Notes: generated by a model not told the origin, from the letters alone. 64,000 nt of DNA from Octopus vulgaris (GCA_951406725.2 OX597814.1:46252001-46316000), one strand, 5' to 3'; positions 1 through 16,658 are shown, numbered from the stretch's first letter. A program made the numbers and translations.

Positions 1-1234
1 GGTATGGTTTGGATGGGTCATTAGATTTTGATTTGGTTCTTATTTAGAGATGCTAACACCCTTGGTGTGATTGTGGATCTTGCCTCACATATCAGTTTTC
101 ATTTTGGCATAATTTTTATGATTGCATGTTCTTCCTAATATTTTACAGAATATACAAGGTGCAATTTATCAGTGCACCAGCATTAAAGAGGCTGTCTTGT
201 ACATGAAAAGATTCAAGAGTCTTCTTGACCCTATGATGTCTCTTATCATTTTACAACCACTTTGTAGATTGTGCTGATGGATATTTTATTGCAGAATCAG
301 CTCTAGGGAGGTGTCGCATTCTCAGCCACACAAGGCTAAGGTTTTCTCAGCCCTGTGATATCTCTAATCTTTTATTACAACTAGAAATAGTGTGCTGCAT
401 GCATTTTATCATGGCACCCATACTTGTGAGCTTGTTTTGCATTGGAATCTTTGTTATGCTTTGTTGTCACTGTTCAAGACATTGTGACTAGTATAGTGGG
501 TTGAAGAAAAGGTTGTTGTGTTAGATGAATTTGGGTAAGAGAGAGAAGGAATAGAGTATAATAGGTGAAACAATGTTGGTATGGAAGTAGGTGGGAGATG
601 GGAGAGAGAGTGCTAGAGAATTAATGAGAAGTAAAAAGCCAAGTTGTGATAAGAGAGAAAATTATGACACAGGGTAAATGGTCAACATATGTTTGAAGGT
701 AAAAAAGAGAGTGATTGATGATTAGTTGTAGAAATGGCCAATGGTAAGAGAGTGTGATGGATATTAGTAATGAGTGTTATAGGGGAGAAAGTAGTGGCTA
801 GTTGCATAGAGGAGAGTGGTAATGTTAGTTTGTAAAAGAAAAGGAGTGATGGAAAAGGACAGATAAATGTCAATAGAAGAGTGACCTGAGAAAAAGCGAG
901 TCATCGTAGGCAGCATAGGAAGTTAAACAGAGAGTGTATTGGATGCCAGTAAATTCAATACAGTTCCTTCTTACTCATATAGAGATATGCATACATTCAT
1001 ATATAATAATAATATAGTAGGATCAATCAATCATGGTAAAAACATCAAGCAAAAAAGTGGCTTGCATAGAAAACAAATAAATCAATAATTGATCCATAAA
1101 GTTTATTAATCAGTTCATCAAATGCATTTTGTCCCATATTGAGATTAGATAGAAAATTCCAATAAGATGAGAGATGCTATACAAATCCAGTTTGAAAACA
1201 TCGAATACTGCTTGTTATGCAATAATCAATTTTA

Positions 1235-1527
1235 TAAATGATAAGAATGGAAGAAGTAGTCAAGCACTACAACTTTTTCAAAAGGATAACAGTGCAAATA
1301 ATGTAACATTACAAATGTTTCATGGTTATCTGGTGTCCTTTCTTATTGGGTGCATACGGCTATTCTCTTGGAAATTATTCACAGCAAGTGATTTCCAAAG
1401 GAATAGTTGTATGCACCCAATGAGAAAGGACACCAGATATCTACAAAACATGTTACCTTATATGCACCCAGTACCCTTTTTTGAAAAAGTTGTTGTGCTT
1501 GACTATTTCTTCCATTCCTTTCATTTA
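1235..1527. repeat. Diverged fold-back palindrome, ~140-bp arms
   Basis: aatggaagaagtagtcaagcactacaactttttcaaaagg... mirrored by ...ttttgaaaaagttgttgtgcttgactatttcttccatt; centre ~1382; abuts a (TG)/(TA) microsatellite. Confidence 0.85.
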
Positions 1528-3490
1528 CATGCGTGTGTGTGTGCATGTGTATGTGTACATACATGTATGTGTACATACATGTATGTGTATGCATGCATGT
1601 ATACACATATATACACTTACACACACACATGCATACACATATTTTTGTACAACTTGCACTTTTTTTTTTATAGATTTTTTACCTTAATAATTATGGGTGT
1701 ATATTATACATAAGAATTTTAATGCTGCCCATTTTCCCCATTGTAAGTGCATGATCATTTTCAGGATGGCCTAAGTTATATCTAATGTTGAAGCTAATTG
1801 AGATTTAGCGAAAGGTTTAAATCAGAATAATGTTACATTTTTTCCAAAATAAGGAATATACTTTGAATGTTCATTACGTTTCATAAGTATGTCCATTAGT
1901 TTTTTTTCTTTCTTTTTACAAACACGTTAAAATGATTCTGACAAAATGGACAAAATATGTTTATTCTTTGTTTATATAATTCTGTATTCTTCAATTACTG
2001 TATATAAGCTGCTAAAAAAACATATGCTTTTTTATTATTTTTTCCCTTATGGTTTCAATAACCTGCTATACTAGGTAAAAGCAATGTTCTACTTGTGACC
2101 ATTAGTCAATATATTGTTCAAATAGACATAATTTATATAAAACATTTGGGTTCTTTTAAATTAAATGATTTTAATTTTATAATATTTTTTCTAATTAAAA
2201 AATATATTTGCCAGATTCTGAATATCTGATATTCTGAACAGTTAAATCTAAACACCGTTTATAAAAGAAAAAGCATACTAGAAAAGTTTGAAAAGTTGTA
2301 AAAAATCCTCACTAAAACATTTTTCTCCTGTGGCAACATTTGGTAAAATCAAGTATATCATAATAAAGTGATTGATATTGTAGTGAAAAACCAAAACAAA
2401 ACAATATATAATCAGGTGTTAGCTGCATCAATGCAGCCAACATTGGTCAAATTTGAGTTTAAGGGTCACTTTTTAGGAAGAAGTAAAGAAAATTACAATT
2501 CTTTATTTGGCAATTTTCAGAAGATAAATTTATAAAAGGTGATGTATGTCTGCTTGACAACATTAGTTAAGCAAGATCAAACAGCCAAATATATATTAGA
2601 AATAATAATGACATATAACATGATATCTCTGACATTCAAAACTTAGGAAAAACCAAAATATTTGTTTTCTGTGACAATATGTAATTGAAATTAATATGTA
2701 AATGATTTGAAATAGGTTATTACTATAACATTCTGCAGGTTTATATGTAAATTCTTCTAGACATTTGTTTTATATAAATGGAAAAATATATATAAAACCT
2801 AGGGTTGTTCACTTTGGTCTGCAAGTGGGCAAAAGTCAGTGTTAATACAGCTGCACTGGAATTAATGAACAAAAAGGGGACAGTGTTGTGATGGTTTATG
2901 TAATTAATTTTGTTGACATTGAAAATTAATTTTAGAATATTACTAGTTCAGGAGTAATATCTATGACCAGTAGGGAAGTACCTCTGTACCAGATTGAGAA
3001 GATTCTTGCAAAATTAGTAGCAGCACATTAGGAGAAGTGATGGGGTTCAGCCAGATGGTATTATGTTATGATGCCATATTTGTTCCTGAGAAAATAGGTC
3101 TATTGTAATGCCGAAAACATTATCTACATTAATATTTGTGATGATAGATATTTTAAAACTATTTTGAATGAACTGAATAAATTTTTCTAGATTTGTTTGA
3201 TTGATTGTTATTCATATGATGCTAAATAAACAGGCCACCATGTCTGTAAGGCTGAATTTCCTCCTCGGGGATGCTGATATATATGCACACACACACACAC
3301 ACATATATAATCACACAGTCCTCATACCTCAGTCCCATATAACACACACACATAAATGCAGATACAGAGATATAGTACAAACATATATGTGTATATATAT
3401 ATATATATATAAATGTAAATAGGTAGATATCTGTACATACACAAGTATATAATATGTAAATGAAGTACATATGTTTATTTGTGACATAGA

Positions 3491-3540
<50 letters not shown>

Positions 3541-3567
3541 TACATATATGTATGTATGTATGTACAC

Positions 3568-3633
<66 letters not shown>

Positions 3634-5171
3634 TTGTATGTTTGTTTCCATTTGTATATATTTTTACATAAATATGTGTGTGCATACAAATATATGTATA
3701 CACAGATAGGTATATGGTATGTGTATAAATAGATAAATGAATATTCAATCTTTGTTGTGGAAGTTGAATATTTGTAATATAAAATTGTGACATATCTGCA
3801 TTATTCACTATTTCACATATCCAAAATTTTCACATATCCAAAATCAGTTGCTATCAATCTTAATGGTGAAGCTGCCACAATTTCTTTTTAAAAAAAGGCC
3901 CTGTCATTAGATGATGAGTAAAGATCATTCAAATTTGACAGTTCAGATAATGTGATGAAATCAATAGTTGGATGATTACTAATGTTGGAATGGGTGCTTA
4001 AATATTATCAAACAATTGCTGCATTGAATGGGAGGCAATTCTGGTATAAGAGATATATGTGTGGATAGATATTAACTTAAGTAAACTTTTAGATATCATT
4101 TCAATAATTATATTTTTTTTAAAATAAACAGTCAATACAAATACAGGTATACATATTTGTGCATGTATGTACATGTACACACACGCATACACACATGCAT
4201 ACACACGCACACACACACACACACACATTATTTGAAGCTGATCAATTACCTGTTATACTCCTAATTTCTTTTGTGCCATTGTTGCTGTTATTTGATAAAG
4301 TTAAAAAACTGGGAAAATCCCACAAAAAGAAGTTCAGAGCAATGCAAACACAACTAAATTTCATTTAGATTTTAAATCCTGTTGAGCAAATAATTTTCTT
4401 TCATTTTAAAATAAAGTAATATTTTATAAATTGAGAACACCTATTCTTTAACTTTAATTCTGTATCTATAGAATTTTTTAATAATCATCATCATGACCAC
4501 CATCAATATCAATAAATTACTTTTATTTTAGAGTGTATGTTGAGAGGTTTTATTTTCTGTTGTGAGTGTTTTAACTTTAGAAAAATTGTTTAGTATCAGT
4601 TTATGATTTTAATAAAATTAGCAATTATAAGATTTTTTTTATACTTCATGAAAAAAACCCATCCAATTAGTACTGACCTAAAAATCAATATATTATTGTT
4701 TTCAGCAAGACCCTTATTCCTATTATAATTATTATTTTAGTATTTAAGAACTTCCTATGTCAATTGTTAAGTTTATTAGAATATATTAAATATCACCTTT
4801 CATATCTTATTCTAGAAAAAGCAAAATCAATTTTATTCTTTGTACTTTTCTTTTCCTTATATTATGAAATGCTTGTAATTGTTATTTTTATTTACAATGT
4901 AAACAATAATTAAACTTAATTAAAAATTCGTTTTTACAAACATTTTATACCATCATTTATTCAGTAGTATTATTATTATTTCCTCATGTAATTTTACATC
5001 ACAACAATTTCATTAACCATAAATGTAAAACTATAAAAAAAAAAACTATTTAAAAATAATCTAGTGTGAATGATGTATGTGAATATTAGTATAAATTAAT
5101 GCCAAATGCCTTATAGTGACTATTATAATCAAGAGTAAATAAAACAAAAACTAACGAATAATTGATTACAG

Positions 5172-5195
5172 AAGTCAAGCAAAAAAGTCGAAAAT
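5172..5195 (+). CDS. CADPS: Candidate 24-nt alternative microexon of CADPS (KSSKKVEN)
   Basis: CTAAC branch point at 5151-5155, ttacag acceptor, perfect GTAAGT donor. Length is a multiple of 3 with no stop in phase 0, which is the phase required just before the AFAW exon. Pyrimidine tract is weak. Confidence 0.6.
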
Positions 5196-8100
5196 GTAAG
5201 TATTTTTTTTTTCCTTTGCCCAGCCTTAGTGATTGTGAACTGTCTTTTTTTTCTTGAAACAGTAAGAGTAGTCTTTAAGTAATTCCCCCAGCCTAACTGG
5301 TTAACTTCTCAGCCTTCTTTCTAAATAAAAGCTAAGCCCTTATTAAATCACAAGCTTGACTGGTGATACAATGTCTTTCAAGTTTGATATTGTTTTTTAT
5401 TTCACAACACATTTGGTTAGAGTTTCTACATATGTTTGTATTAATAAGTTAGATTTTTAAATCAGTATGTTTATACTTAGTTTCTTCTATACAAATTAGT
5501 AGTATTATCAATATAATATTATTTTAATGATTATCATGTGGCATACTCATAGTAACATTTCATATATATGTGTGTGTGTTTGTGTATACACATGCACAAA
5601 CACATACCCTCACATACATGCACACACACACAACACACACACACATGCACACACACACATAAACACATGCACATACACACACATGTTCTCATGCATATAT
5701 ACATGGATGCATGGTTCTTTTAAAAGTATTTTTTCATAGTTTGTCAGCATTTATCTATTCTCTTAATTTCCTTTCTTCTTTGTCTGTTTCATGTATGTAC
5801 ACAGCACTTTGAAATATTTTCTAATGTAGCACTGTGTATGCATGATTTTTATTGACTCATCACAGTGTTGTTTAAAAATAATTAACCATTAGTAGCATCA
5901 AATTTTTTGGAATGATATAAAATTAAATAGTATGACAGTTATCTATGTGTCTGTAGTTGTCTTTTGCTTTTTTTTTCTGTTTTCTTCATTTCTTTTTTCT
6001 CTTTATTCAGTTATCTCAAATAGTATAAGTTTATTTCTTTGAATTATGTTGATATTATGCCAAATATCAGAGATTGGGTCTAAAAATAATAATGTGGACA
6101 ATAATGTTATTTTCATTTATCCCTTTACATTACAAAAAAAAAAAAAAAAAAAAAGAACAAGGAAATATTTTCTTGTTGCAATACTAAGAGTGCTTCTAAT
6201 AAGGAATTGGTTTCTGCAAAACTGAATTCGAAAGCCCACCCATTTCTCTATTCAAGTTAGATTCCATATAGCCATCAGCAGCAATCTCTGAGTCATGGTT
6301 TTCTTCTCTTTTCTACTATAACAATCTTTCAAAACTTAAATTACAACCATCACTTGCAAGCTTGTATGACTTAGTATGCACTATGCTTTCACTACTTGTG
6401 TTAGGTACCTATGTAGTTGCAAGCAGACATAGGCACTCTCTTGGCCTTCCACTAGTGATCCAAATGAACATCCAGGATGTGACAGTTGGGGGGGCAAGAG
6501 GACTGAACCAGAATTGAGTAGGTTCATTCATGTCAGAGGATGAGAGACAATTTGGATCTTGGCAGGATTTGAATTTTGAGTGCTAAGAGTTAGAATGAAT
6601 GTTGTAGTGCATTCTATTCAATGCTCTAAATTAATCTGCCAGTTGATCATCTTTTTTTATTAACTTGTTGACAAAGAAATTCAATATATAAAACTAAATT
6701 TTCTGAACAATATCCCAATTTCTACCTAAAATTTGAGGCCTCTTTCATCATATATTTGTCCTTGAATTTCTTCTTTCTGAGACACAAATCTGTCACACTC
6801 TATCACTAATTTTAAGCAACTAGCACATTGCTTCTGCTCCAATTTAAAACTAAAGAATGAGCTTCTTTTAAGTTTACTTTATTTATCTCAACTGAATTTC
6901 AGCATAAATGTTCTCTGACTGCTCTGGTTGGACATTCTATTTTCTAACTTCTTAATTTTTTAAAGAATACTTATCCCACTTTTTTATTCAATAATTATCA
7001 GTATTTGATATTTTCCTAATGTATTGTGGACACCCATTATAATATTCCTATTCTCATTAAAGTATCACTCAAGCATGTAAGATATTGCAAGTAAGATATT
7101 AGCACAGACTTGATTTGTAAAATACCTTGTATCCACAAATGCATGCTTGCATGCGCTCACACACATAAACACTTTGAAGTACATATACATACACATTTAA
7201 GTGCCATACACTAACAAAGAGGTACACGAACATACACCTGTGGCTGTATTTATAAAGAGCTGTTTGATTCAAAGGTAAGCACACACTTGCCAATATTTTC
7301 CAATTCTGACCCATTGTTATGTTGATTTCTACTATAATAACCTCTGTTTTCTGTTGTAATAAACCTATGTCATCTCCAGCTTAACGTATATCTTGTTCCA
7401 CATCTCTTCTTATCATTCCTTATTCTCTTCTTGTCATTCCTACTTTCTCCCATCTCTCATATTCCATATTCAACACTGTTTGTGGTTCTTCCACTTCAAA
7501 TCTATTTTCCTATGGAATTTCTAACCAACATTTGTTATCTTTTAACCAGCAATTTAACAACATTCCAGACATTATCAACATCTTTAGGTGAGATAAAAAG
7601 ACCAAGTAGAAACAACTTATATATAATATTTATAGAACAGAATTTGCAAATTTCCACTTACTACAAATATTCTTTCTCTAATTTCTATAAATATTAAAAG
7701 CATATATATAGCTATAAAATTGTTTACTATTATGAGGTTTTAGTAAAATTTTAATACATTCATTTAAATTTTGTAAAGACTTTACTACTATAATTTTGAT
7801 GTATTTGTCATGTAAAAAAGTAATTACAATTAATTTAATGAAATTAAAATTGTTTATTATTATTAACTTCAATTAATATGTAACCCAATTTTTGTGTAAT
7901 CAACTTTTCATAAACATTTTACTTTTCATAAATGAAAGAAAATATTTATATAAATTTATATAAAAAATTTACATATACTCTTAGATATACTACACTTTCT
8001 TACAGTCTCCTAATTTTTGTTATTCTTTGTCTACATATCTGTATAAATGCTAAAATATGACGCCTCATCTGTAGAACTATTTCTCTGCTCACTAGCTTTT

Positions 8101-8904
8101 ATAGAACTATTTCTATACTCTTAAAAAATATTTAAAACAAATTCAATATTTTTTAATAGAAAGGAGGGAGGACAGTAACCATGATGCTTTCAGGGCTTCT
8201 TAGACTGGCGGAAAACAGGAAGGAACATATCCTCAGCTTAGAGTACTAGTTCAAATACTTACAACATAGTGAATTCTGCTGAGTAAGGGGGTAATGCTTA
8301 ACAGGGCAAGTGAATAAGTCTACTACTCCAAAACAAAAATGATCTTCCAACAGGCTTTCTTGGTTACAAAGTCATTTAGAATTGTTTTCTCCATATTTGG
8401 CTAAAACATAGTTCAAACAAATAAAACATTTTGTTTTTACTGGGAGAAAACAACCTACATTCAGATGAGAACAAAATAATTTTTTATGAATGACTTCAGG
8501 TATTGAATAATGAAAATATCCAAAACAATAAAGATGTGAAATTTTATATGTAAGGAAAGTCATCAATACATACATATTTAATATATATATACTTCTGAAA
8601 CTAAGAACACTAACTGGAAATTATATAAGAGCTCTTGGGCATTCTTATATATTTTAAATGACACATAGAGACACTACCAGAAACACTTCTTGTATACTCA
8701 AGGTTTTTTTTTTTTTACTACTACATATTAACTGCAACATATCACTAGATGAACAGTTTTCAGATTAATGATAACCATTTTTGTTAATATTTAATTGTCA
8801 TAACTACTTTCTCATATAAGGACTGTGATCTTGCCAAATTCTGTCTTTTTGTCAATTGTATATATGTATATATATACAATATATACATATATATATATAT
8901 ATAT

Positions 8905-10663
<1,759 letters not shown>

Positions 10664-10846
10664 AAACTGTTAGTAGATCTGACATCAAAGGCAGACCATA
10701 GGAAGAGAAGGAGTAAAGAAATAATAAGTAGAGAACAAATAAAGAGGGATATATTGGTTGAAAAAATGTTCAAAGGCTTGGCAGTAGATTTCTCTTTTGA
10801 AGTAAAGTGCAAGGTGAACTAAATGTTCAAACTATACATATATATA

Positions 10847-10944
<98 letters not shown>

Positions 10945-11003
10945 ATATATATAAATAAATAAATATAAAACCAATTATAGCAGTGACTCGATCAATTCCT
11001 AGC

Positions 11004-11045
11004 GATATCTGAAAAAGGAATTTTTATATTCTGAAATATTATATC
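11004..11045 (+). ncRNA. Degenerate minimal hammerhead motif (G8A core mutation)
   Basis: GAUAU-CUGAAAA-A-GGAAU uuuuau AUUCU-GAAA-UA-UU^AUAUC; perfect 5-bp stem I. A related copy at 58404-58445 keeps CUGAAGA. Confidence 0.5.
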
Positions 11046-11131
11046 ATATCAGACTAAGAATAATTAAATTATAACAGTTATTATTGTCCACTCTGCATTG
11101 ATGTGCCATTCAAGACATGTTATATTTCACA

Positions 11132-11163
<32 letters not shown>

Positions 11164-11369
11164 TGTTTTATGTTTTATTAGTGTTGGCTCAAAGCTGTGG
11201 CCATGCTGGGGCATCACTGTTTTGCTACACTGTTATTCTTGAGAGCATCTGCTGATATGTGGCATTTAGTGAATAAGGGAGTTTGATGTTGCTACCCTCA
11301 TTTGCACCTCCTACCGTGATGGCCAGCAGTTGAGTTTACATCCACCTCATCTATGGATAGTATTATGTC

Positions 11370-12290
11370 TTCTTCACAATGTTGATGTAATACATTGTAA
11401 CTGCTTTGCTGGTTATAGGTGAGGCGGCAAAGAAATCCACTGGTTCATTCACTTGTCTGTGTTCCAACGGGGTGATAAAGACACTTTTGAACTGGTCATT
11501 CAGTATCTCACTGATCCTGGTTGGGTTATCTATGAGGGAGCCATCTTTTTGGAAGAGGAGTCCTATTTTGCAGCCAACTGAAGCTGTTTCTTTGGCATAA
11601 TGAAAGAACGCTTTGGGTTTGACTTGATATTTTTTATAACCCAGGCTTCTTTGTCTACTTTCTCCTTCACATAGGATTGTTGCACATATTTGAAGACCCA
11701 CAACTACACCTCACAAATCTTGTCAGAATGTTGAATAGTTGTGAACTCTTGAAGCCCAAGCTGTTACAGTACTGGGTCCTTATTCTAGATGGAGGAAATG
11801 GGATCCTTGGTACTATGCAATGCCATCCAGTGTGGAGGTTGTTATAGCATCTAAAGTTGGGTGCTAGACCTTCCAGGATCTTCCATTTGTATATCACTGC
11901 ATATCTTCCACACATTCTCTCTAGGGAGTGGGTCTTCAGTGCCTCACCAGTTCTGCCAAGTCATTCTTCTTTGTGTAGTAGCCTTAGGTTCTGCCATCAG
12001 TTTGATGCTCTGTGGTGACTACAGTTGGGAACAGTAATCCAGATGACTGAGAATGGTAGTTTTCCATAGGAATAGCATGGTACCCTTTTATCTGGCTCTG
12101 AATGATCTCAGAATCCATCCAGCTGTTCTCTGACATTGTGTTACCATCTTCGTAATATGCACAAAGAATGTTGCATCATTACCCATGTAGATTCCCAGGT
12201 CATGCACCAACTCTAGGATTGCACTAGCCCTTGGTCCTGTGTATTCTGATTGTAGCCTGTTTATGGGCTGATAGTGCAGTGCTTGAAACT
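11370..12290 (-). mobile_element. Decayed CR1/L2-group LINE ORF2 fragments, rearranged
   Basis: Minus-strand peptides KPKAFFHYAK...SEILNDQFKSVF, DLGIYMGNDATF..HI...TAGWILRSF, HLDYCSQL, WKILEGLAPN; many stops and frameshifts. Confidence 0.8.
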
Positions 12291-12470
12291 TCTCAAGAGG
12301 TGTGAAATATGTGGCCATGTATTCCTTTCCAAGGGTGCATATGTCAACCATCTTAAGTCCCATGAAAGATCAACTGTATGTAAAGTCCTTCCTCTTAAAC
12401 CAGATGATTTGACATGCGAAGTGTGTGAAAGGACATGTAGGTCAATTTCTGGTCTGCAGAGACATGACAT
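12290..12470 (+). mobile_element. C2H2 zinc-finger remnant, probably the C-terminus of an RTE-type LINE ORF2
   Basis: CEICGHVFLSKGAYVNHLKSH and CEVCERTCRSISGLQRH (ORF 12274-12540); no TGEKP linker or convincing splice sites; the CRSxxGLxxH ending is typical of RTE-clade LINEs. Confidence 0.55.
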
Positions 12471-12773
12471 TTTACAGGCAGTTCTGGACTGCAGTGGCAT
12501 ACAACAGTTTATTTCCCTCAAAATGATCCAATCAATCTAGTGGAAGTTATAGCTTTTGCCCATTACCTATGTTTCAAAACATGCAAATCTGCAGCAGGAC
12601 TGAATAGTCATTTGATGATATGTCAAAAATGTAATTGACAGTGAAGAAACTCATTTGTGAATATGGAGCACAATCACCATATATATATTTTTTTTATATG
12701 TGTATGTATATGCAGATGTAGATATATGTATGTGTCTATACACATAGACACATATAATATGCACATTTAAAAT

Positions 12774-13112
12774 GTTGAATAAAATTACATGGTTTGGTTT
12801 TCGTGTTTTTTATTATTGTATTTTTTAAAATCAATTTTGAAGTGAGTTAAACATAAATATTTTGTAAAAGTTCAATTAGTTCTTTCATACATTCACAGTA
12901 ATCAGCAGGTTTCAAGCATTCAGCTCAACTGTTATTCAATACATTTTGAAATCTGATGATTACTACAAATGTATGAAAATGTTGATTGAACTTCATGAAC
13001 ATTACAAAATATTTTTTTGAGGTTTAATACACTTCAACAGTGCAAAAAATTTTATTTTTAAATACAATAATAAAAAACGTGAAAACCAGACCATATTGTA
13101 ACTTTATTCAAC
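12774..13112. repeat. Old diverged fold-back palindrome with a degenerate hammerhead-like core in each arm
   Basis: gttgaataaaattacatggtttggttttcg... vs ...gaaaaccagaccatattgtaactttattcaac; CTGATGA-ttac..gtat-GAAA at 12953 (+) and CTGCTGA..GAAA on the minus strand at ~12890-12910. Confidence 0.7.
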
Positions 13113-14085
13113 TGATATATTATTCCATACACATTTACACAAATTCAGGAAGCACAATATTGTCACTTCTACAGAATTCAGAGCCAGCACTACAAGTTTA
13201 TGGCATTTCATATATGAATATATCCATATAAACAATGCAATAGAAGATAGTAAAAAATGGGTAATGGTTGTATATGCATGTTTCAAGAGTTATTGCTCTT
13301 TTATCAGTAACACATCCAACCCACCAACTATCCACAAATGCATTGCTTAAATACCCACTAAGTTTAGTGGTAATAATATAATTGGATAGACCACTGCTCT
13401 CAAGGTGCTTTGAATTGTTGTTGATAAAGCATAGACATTTAAATAGCTGCTGAGAAGTTCCGTGCTTATATCTGTAAGGCTATGTTCATATATTCTGAGT
13501 ACTAAATACATCCTCTCTATACTGGCCACTGTCTGAAAAGGACAAATTTTATTATAAATCAGCAAGATAACTTAAATCTATTGTCATTAGTACCCATATG
13601 AACATTAAATTAGTACTCAAGTATTTCTGACACTAGATAAAGATCTAATAATTGATGAAACCCTTTGGCATTTTTAGCATCATATTAATTTTCTCATCAC
13701 TGACATGTGTGATGTGCTTTGCAAAATGCAAAGTCTCTATGAGAAGAGTTTTGGGAATAGATTTGTAATAACCTTTTATATTGTATTGTTGGAAATAAAA
13801 ATTTTATTTATCAAGGGTAGATTTAAACAATTTAATACTGACTGGATTTTCTTCTAGACAGTTAGTCTGAGATCTTAAGTATAAGCAGAAATATGTGAAG
13901 TGTATGAGATTGAAGCTAATTCACTGATGATGGGATTTTCCATTGGGATAGAATGAATTTATGAATGTAGGGACACATGTTAAACATCTTGTTTCTGCCA
14001 TTTAGAGTGTTCCTCAACTTGTTTAGTTAGATTATTTACATTATTTACATTTGACAGATATTTTTCCTCATCTTATTTGTTGTTA

Positions 14086-14123
14086 ACACAACGTTTCGGC
14101 TGATATACTCTCCAGCCTTCATC
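14086..14123 (-). ncRNA. 5'-truncated hammerhead motif in a short interspersed repeat
   Basis: Minus strand GAUGA-A-GGCUG gagaguauau CAGCC-GAAACGUU; C3U4 and the 5' strand of stem I are missing. Confidence 0.45.
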
Positions 14124-14764
14124 TCTTAAATATAGCTCTGTATTGTCTAGTTAGAGTAGAATGTGTGTTCTTTCCATTGGGCAAGACCTACTTTTTTTGG
14201 TCCATTGATGTATGTATGATCTTTGCAAGTTGTTATACTTATTACTGTAGTCAATGTGCCATCATCACTAGACTGATTTCATAAACCCCCTTGATCCTAT
14301 ATTTTTATCTGCCTTCGATAGCTATTTATTCCTTTCAGGGCTTTCTGCCCTTTCCTTTTCTTATAATAGCAATTATTCTTACAAGCAGCCCCTTGGGACC
14401 ATATGGATCTGGACACATGATTATGTTTTTGATGTGGGTAGACGTGTCACCTTATATATAGATATATGGGGTGCTGCTAGATGTGCACAAGTGAGTGTGT
14501 ATGGATATCTTTGCTTGTGTACAGGTGAATGTGAGTATGCATATGGATTACACATGTATACATGTACATGCTCATAGATGTGTATGCATCTTTGTGTAAT
14601 TGTGTATGTATATATCATATGTAATCCCATTTCATCTGCTCACACATTATACAAAGTCACATTCTAGATATAGGTATACTTTCATAACATTCTAGAAGAC
14701 TAAATCATATTGTCTAAACATCTGTGCTAGCGCACCACTTACATAGTTACTTCCTTTGCAGTAG

Positions 14765-14798
<34 letters not shown>

Positions 14799-16309
14799 AT
14801 AAATATGTGTTAACTAAAATAGAAGAAGTATTCAGAGAATCAAACACCACTCATGGTAAGCACTAAGCAAGGATACTGGCTAACAAAGTAACACATTGAT
14901 TAAATTTAGGATCCAATTTAACTTCACCACATACCTGAAAATCTAAGAAACTCTATTTTGAAGTGTATAATAATAAACAGTTAAAATCCTAAAGTGAAAA
15001 GTAAAAAAATATTTAATTTATGTTTACAGCTGTTTCATAATTCATATGCAGTTACATCACTAGCACTGATTTTTAAGGTGCATACCTATTGTGTACACTT
15101 CACATATGCTTTACATATGCATATACATATGTATGCAGACATACAATTGTACAGTAACCCAATAATATACTGAATAGAACTATTCTTCAGAACATATTCC
15201 AGAGTACATATTCTATTCCAGTACACAATGTAAAGTCAGCTCAGTTTATATGAGATTAGCTGGATGAAAAAAATTCTTTTGTAAACAAAGTACCTGTTTT
15301 AGATTTCAGAAACACCAATTGTAAAAGGACATAAAAGGCAAAAGAAAAAGAATATGTAAACTAAAATAAAAATAATACATAAAGGAATTGTAAAAACTAC
15401 CGATAGCTGTAAAGGATATTATTAAAACAAGACAAAAAAATATATATAAGCAAACAGATGTAAGCATCTGGTTTATTCAATCAGTGAAGGTATAGATCAT
15501 AGACACATCTCAAAATTGGTTCATTGCAATCAATCACATAGACAAAATTTTAAACCTAAGCTAAAGAATATATTCATTTTTCATATCAAGCTAGTCACTG
15601 GCCAATTCCACCACAAAATACAAACTGACTGGCCTCCTCCACTCCTTACCCACCTATTGTATATCACAAATCATTATTTGACTTCTTTGGCTCCAAACTC
15701 CTCTTTCCTTCTTTGCTTTTGTGATGAAATTAGCAACTAGCTTGGTATGAACTGCCAATGAATATATTCTATAGATTACATTTAAAATTTTGTCTATGTA
15801 ATTGATTGCAACTAATCATTTTCAGTTGTCTTGATTTACACCTTTACTGACTGGATAAATCTTTTACATTCTTTTACAATAGGTGTTTCTGAAATTTAAA
15901 GAGAGTGCTTTGCTCAGTGGTAATCCTCTTCATGCTCTTGTTGGATGCAACTGGGCTCATCTCAACCTCAGAGCATCATTGTTCCTTGCTTACAAAAGAA
16001 ATTTTTCCATCTTGTATAAATTGAGTTGATTTCACCTTGTGTGTTAGAGATAAATATGTATTGTCTTGAATGTGTTCTGAAGAATAGTCCTATTCAGTGT
16101 ATCTTTATGTTACTATACAACTGTATGTGTGCATTAATATGCATGTATATTTGTATCTAAAGTGTATGCAAAATATATACAATGAGTATGCACCATAAAA
16201 TCAATGTTGATGATGTAACTGAATGTGAATTATGAAACAACTATACAGAATTAAATATTTAACTCTCACTTCTCCTGAATTTTAATTGATTATTATGTGT
16301 GTGTGCATT

Positions 16310-16646
16310 TATGTGTATTTTCCCAAAACAACTTGTCCAACCATCCCATTTTGTGGCATTATTTCAAGCCAGCCAGCTTTTTTTGCGCAAACTGCACATG
16401 CATTTTTCTCACATACGTGTAATATTGATTGCAGCAGCTGATGTACTTGCGCATACAAATGCACATTCCCACAGCTTTATCGATCGCATTCTCACCCGGA
16501 ATCGATTTTTGTAATTTTTTCAAGACTTATACACACCCTGATACCATTGGTATCTAGATATCAAATTTGAGCGCAATCAGATAGAGGATGCCTGAGATCC
16601 CAGAAGACACACACACAGACAGACAGAACAGATTTTATATAATAGA
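16310..16646 (-). mobile_element. Possible non-autonomous Helitron/DINE-like repeat
   Basis: Minus strand begins A|TCTATTATATAAAA followed by (TCTG)n/(TG)n, a common 5' end of such elements; CpG-rich interior; no clear 3' CTRR end. Confidence 0.35.
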
Positions 16647-16658
16647 TATGTATATACA

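Noticed and set aside
1174-1713. 179-aa ORF
   Set aside because: Spans the 1235-1527 palindrome and a microsatellite; no protein motif.
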